Assembly: GCA_030390025.1 (NCBI GenBank)
Contig: CM059425.1
Location: 161,698,001 to 161,762,000, forward strand
Direction of reading: 5' to 3'
Source of the DNA: Squalus acanthias
Lineage: Eukaryota
Length of the DNA: 64,000 nucleotides
Positions 60,190-64,000 of this stretch are shown in pieces. The position numbers and the translations under genes are program-made. The notes beneath the pieces were generated by a model that made no database searches, was not told the DNA's origin, and saw only the letters and a program-made list of their open reading frames with translations. How positions within the stretch are numbered: position 1 is the stretch's first letter; the number at the start of each line of letters is the position of its first letter.

Positions 60190-62400
60190 AATGTAAAGTA
60201 CCTTATTAGCTGAAATAAAAACAGAAAATGCTGGAAACACACAGCAGGTCAGGCAGCATTTGTGGAGAGAGAAACAGTTAATGTTTCAGGTCAATGACCT
60301 TTCATCATAACTGGAAGATGTTAGAAATAAACAGCTTTTAAGCAAATACAGAGCCAGGGAAAAGTGGGGGAGCGTGCTGGAGGGAAAGAGCAAAAGTGAA
60401 AGGTCTGTGCTGGGTGGAGGGCAGGAGTAATTAAATGACAAAAGTGATGATGGTGCAAGTCAAAGGAGGTGAAAAATGGACAAGTATAGAAACAAAAGAT
60501 GGGTACAGAGGAGATGTAAATGGTTACAGCAGAATAGCAGAGGGGGAGGGAAGTATGCAAAATCTGCCAAAGTGGTGAAGGTCGTCGTAGCCCAGGAATG
60601 TGGTGGAAGAAAGGTAGGTAGACCCCAGGTGTGCGGACCACCCCACCGGCATAGGGGATTCTCACCCCAAGCACCAGCCCACACCTCAAGCACTCCCAGT
60701 GGCTCTGGTGCATCTATCCTCCATTCCCAGCACTTACTGTCTGAGAGAAAATGGGAGAATGGTGGTTAAGGTCTAAAGTTATTAAACTCATTGGGCTAGA
60801 AATTGCGGTCGGAGGCGTATCTCTGGAGTATGCCTCCGAACTGCGAAAGCTTTACGAACCTACCTCCAGGTTCCCAGGCTGCGTAGAGTTGTGGTCTCTG
60901 GCCTCCAGGCGGACGGCAGCGTAAATGCCCACATATCCCAGGGACGCAAGAGGTTCAGAAGCATCCCTGGGACCACGTGGGCCCAGTCCTCCAATGACAA
61001 AGGAGGATTCCATTGCAATCATTTACGAAGGGAATCCCCTAATGAAATGCAATGGAATCCCCAAATAATTATACAATATACATAATTCTAATAAATATAA
61101 ATAGTGAATTGCAATTTCATTCATAACTTCCTTCATTGCACCAACCTCAATCAAAATTTAATTTTTTGATGAATAATTTTAAACATCTTAATCTGGGCCA
61201 ATATTTGCATAAACTCATTTAAAGTGTATGAGCATAATTTTTGATTGTTAAATGTTTAATTTAAGGCTTATATTAACCCTTACGCTAATGCAAGCCAGCC
61301 CTATGCCTGGTTTTACCAGATATAAGAGTTTCTTGGGCAATTGCTGGGCAGTTGTTGGGCAAATAGCCCAACTCTGCGCCAGCAATACTGATGTTCCACG
61401 CGGTTTGGATGATCCGTCAAGGCGTACTTTGACAGATCACAAGTTCCGGATTTCGCGCATGTGCATGCGTAAATCCGGAAGTTGTGGGGCCTTTCAAATG
61501 GATTACGACGACGTACTCTCAGAGTACGCCGTCAGGGAGACTGCAATTTTAGGGCCAATGTTAAGGCCGTAAGGCTGTAAAGTGCCTAGTAGAAAAATGA
61601 GGTGCAGTTCCTTAAGCTTACATTGAGCTTCATTGGAACAATGTCAGTAAGGTCAGAGTGAGAGTGGGATGGCGAATTAAAGTGGCAAGCCACCGAAAGT
61701 TCAGGGTCACGCTTGCGAACTGAATGGAGGTGTTCAGCAAAGCGACCACCCAGTCTGCATTTGGTCTCCCCAGTGTAGAGGAGATCGCATCGTGAGCACG
61801 AATACAGTATACTAAATTGAAAGAAGTACAAGTAAATTGCTGCTTCACCCAGAAGGAATGTTTGGAACCCAGATGGTAGTAAGGGAGGAGGTAAAGGGGC
61901 TGGTGTTGCAGCTCCTGCGCTCTCATGGGAAGGTACCAGGGTAGGGGAGCAGGTGTTAGGGTGATGGAAGAGTGGACCAGGGTGTTGCGGAGGGACCGGT
62001 ACATTTGGAATGGTGAAAGGGGAAGGGAGGGAAAGATGTGCTTGTTGGTGGCATTGCGCTGGAGGTGGCAGAAATGGTGGAGGATGATTCGTTGAAAATG
62101 GAGGCTGGTGGGGTGAAAGGCGAGGACAGGGGGAACCCTATACTGGTTCTGGGAGGAAGGGGAAGGGGTGAGGGCGAAAAATGGAACGGACACGGTTGAG
62201 GGCCCTGTCAAACACAGTGGAGGGCAATCCTTGGCTGAGGAAAAAGGATGACATTTTGGAAGCACTGGTGTGGAAGGTGGCAACGTCAGAACAAATGCGA
62301 CAGAGAAACTGGGAGAATGGAATAGAGTCCTTACAGGAAACAGGGCAGGAGGAAGTGTAATCAAGGTGGCTGTTTGAGTCAAAGAGCTTGTAGTAGACAG
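60190..62400 (-). mobile_element. Penelope-like element 3' part (thumb, GIY-YIG, terminal repeat with degenerate hammerhead), interrupted by a MITE
   Basis: CSRCDLLYTGETKCRLGGRFAEHL..VACHFN; homologous to 50550-51270; hammerhead-like motif at 60274-60314. Confidence 0.85.
60793..61556. mobile_element. Divergent MITE family A member (764 bp) inserted in the PLE
   Basis: ATT-GGGCTAGAAATTGC ... GCAATTTTAGGGCC-AAT; removal restores PLE AAACTCAATGTTAAGGCC. Confidence 0.85.
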
Positions 62401-62644
62401 TTGAAGATGGAAAAGTGGACTGAGTAGTTTGGTGTAGTCCATTCTATTTATGTATAGTAATAGTTAGAACTATTCTTTTCAGCTTCTAGTAGCAATATGT
62501 AAGATAATTTGTCCTCATATGCAAATGTAGCCTAATGACACAATTGACATTTATCCTCATTGCTTATCTTGGTTCTTTTTTTCAAATTGGATATCTCTTC
62601 TGCACATCCCTTCAAGTTCAATGGGTGGTGGTGATCACACTCAC

Positions 62645-62826
62645 TTCCTACTTGATTGTCTCCCTTGCCTGCTGGACCATCTGCTCAGTGATAGTTTGTG
62701 CATCAAGCTTGTAGAGGACATTTCGCCATTCATGACGTCCACAATAATTTGAAGAGTCTCATCAGTAATGTGAGCTATTCGATATCTTATTCCTTCCATC
62801 AGTACTCCAACTTGCACACACTTTAG
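62645..62826 (-). CDS. Candidate internal coding exon of an unidentified host gene: LKCVQVGVLMEGIRYRIAHITDETLQIIVDVMNGEMSSTSLMHKLSLSRWSSRQGRQSSR
   Basis: Branch-like CTAAT and TTCAG acceptor; GAA|GTGAGT donor; 182 nt open in phase 0 to phase 2; unique, non-TE-like peptide. Confidence 0.6.
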
Positions 62827-63129
62827 CTGAATTGACACAATTAGCATTTCGAAGCTAACAGGTGGTTCAGAAACTTTATTGCAGTTTTTCTGACTGGCTA
62901 CTAAGTTGTGCATTGGTTGTAATGTAGTAAGTACTATGAATGTGCTAAAAAAAATAATAAAAATAACTCTCACTTAATGGACAATCAATGAGCTAACAGT
63001 AAATTAATGCCTAATTGGAGAACCAACACATTCTAGGAACGTTGGAGAGAGAATGATACTGCTAGCCCATGATACTGTGTGAGGTAATATAATCAGAACC
63101 AGATTGTTTTCATAATATATAACATTAAT

Positions 63130-63837
63130 GGCCCAGATATTCCGATCCCTACATCGGAAATGCCGGTTTCAGGCATGCACAGCGCATGCGCTGAAAACCG
63201 GCATTTCTGATCTGTCAAGAATGGTCTTGACAGATCCTCCGGCTGCCCTGGAGAAGGGCCTCTGCGGGCGGATAGTTCTGCTTTTTGGAGATCCTCCGTC
63301 CGCAGAAAACCCTTGCAATTCTTATGCCTGGTAAAAGCAGGCCTAAGGATAAGAGTTGAAAAAAAGTTAAAAAAAAAATGTTTTCACTGATTTATCATTT
63401 AAAAATACTTTAAAAAAGGTAAGTTTATTTTTAGCCCCGTAAAAAACGTTAATTATTTTTTTCAAAAAATTAAATTTTTGTTTAAAATACTTCATTTATT
63501 GTAATTTCAAGTCATTTTAAAAATATGATTATTTTTTCAATTTATTTAAAGTTTTACTATGTTTTTGGAGTGATCTCCATTCATGTATTTGACAGGTCTT
63601 CCTGTCAAGTGCATGAAGGAAGATTCCCTTCTTTGATTGGCTCCCCATGGCCCACGTGATCCTGGGGACGCTGCGAACTACATGCGCCTCTGGGATACGT
63701 GGGCCCTGCGCACTTGGAGTTTGGAGAGGCCCAGGAGTGGAAGCGTGTGCGTCCCGGGAGCCCTCAGGTAAGGGCGTAGATTTTTCCAGATCGCAGGCCT
63801 CCGCCCGTGGGAGGCCTGCGATCAGAAAATACGGGCC
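63130..63837. mobile_element. MITE family A (708 bp)
   Basis: AAT-GGCCCAGATATT ... AAAATACGGGCC-ATT; shared hairpins and AT-rich core. Confidence 0.85.
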
Positions 63838-64000
63838 ATTGAGTGGGGTGTGCTTACATTCACCCATGCAGGAAAATAAAATCTGCATTGACGCTCTCAT
63901 ATACGTGTTTGCCATTTTTCCCAATTACTAGCCTACATAAACAAAATTAAAACCTACTTAATCAAAAAAGAATACTCCATATAAGTACTAAACAATATTG

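Overview
This is eukaryotic, vertebrate DNA, most likely a shark or other chondrichthyan (inferred from the CR1/L2/RTE/Penelope/Deu-SINE/Harbinger repeat mix); there are no operons, rRNA or CRISPR. Most of the window is nested transposable elements. These include several CR1 LINEs (one near full length with a 67-bp tandem-monomer 5' end), an L2, an RTE with a 5' inversion, and Penelope-like elements (PLEs), among them a perfect 413-bp palindrome carrying a minimal hammerhead ribozyme on both strands. There is also a complete but decayed two-gene PIF/Harbinger transposon (spliced Myb/SANT gene plus convergent DDE gene), two Harbinger relics and about a dozen Harbinger-type MITEs. Seven MITEs form a ~710-765 bp family with GG..CC ends, 3-bp AAT/ATT/GAT target duplications (middle base discordant in 3 of 7) and position-conserved, covarying hairpins. 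Two phase-compatible candidate exons on the minus strand (62645-62826 and 30134-30233) suggest the window lies in the last intron(s) of an unidentified host gene, next to a repeat-poor, enhancer-like island. Nearly all ORF-track entries are TE fragments or spurious. All coordinates were read by eye and no searches were run.
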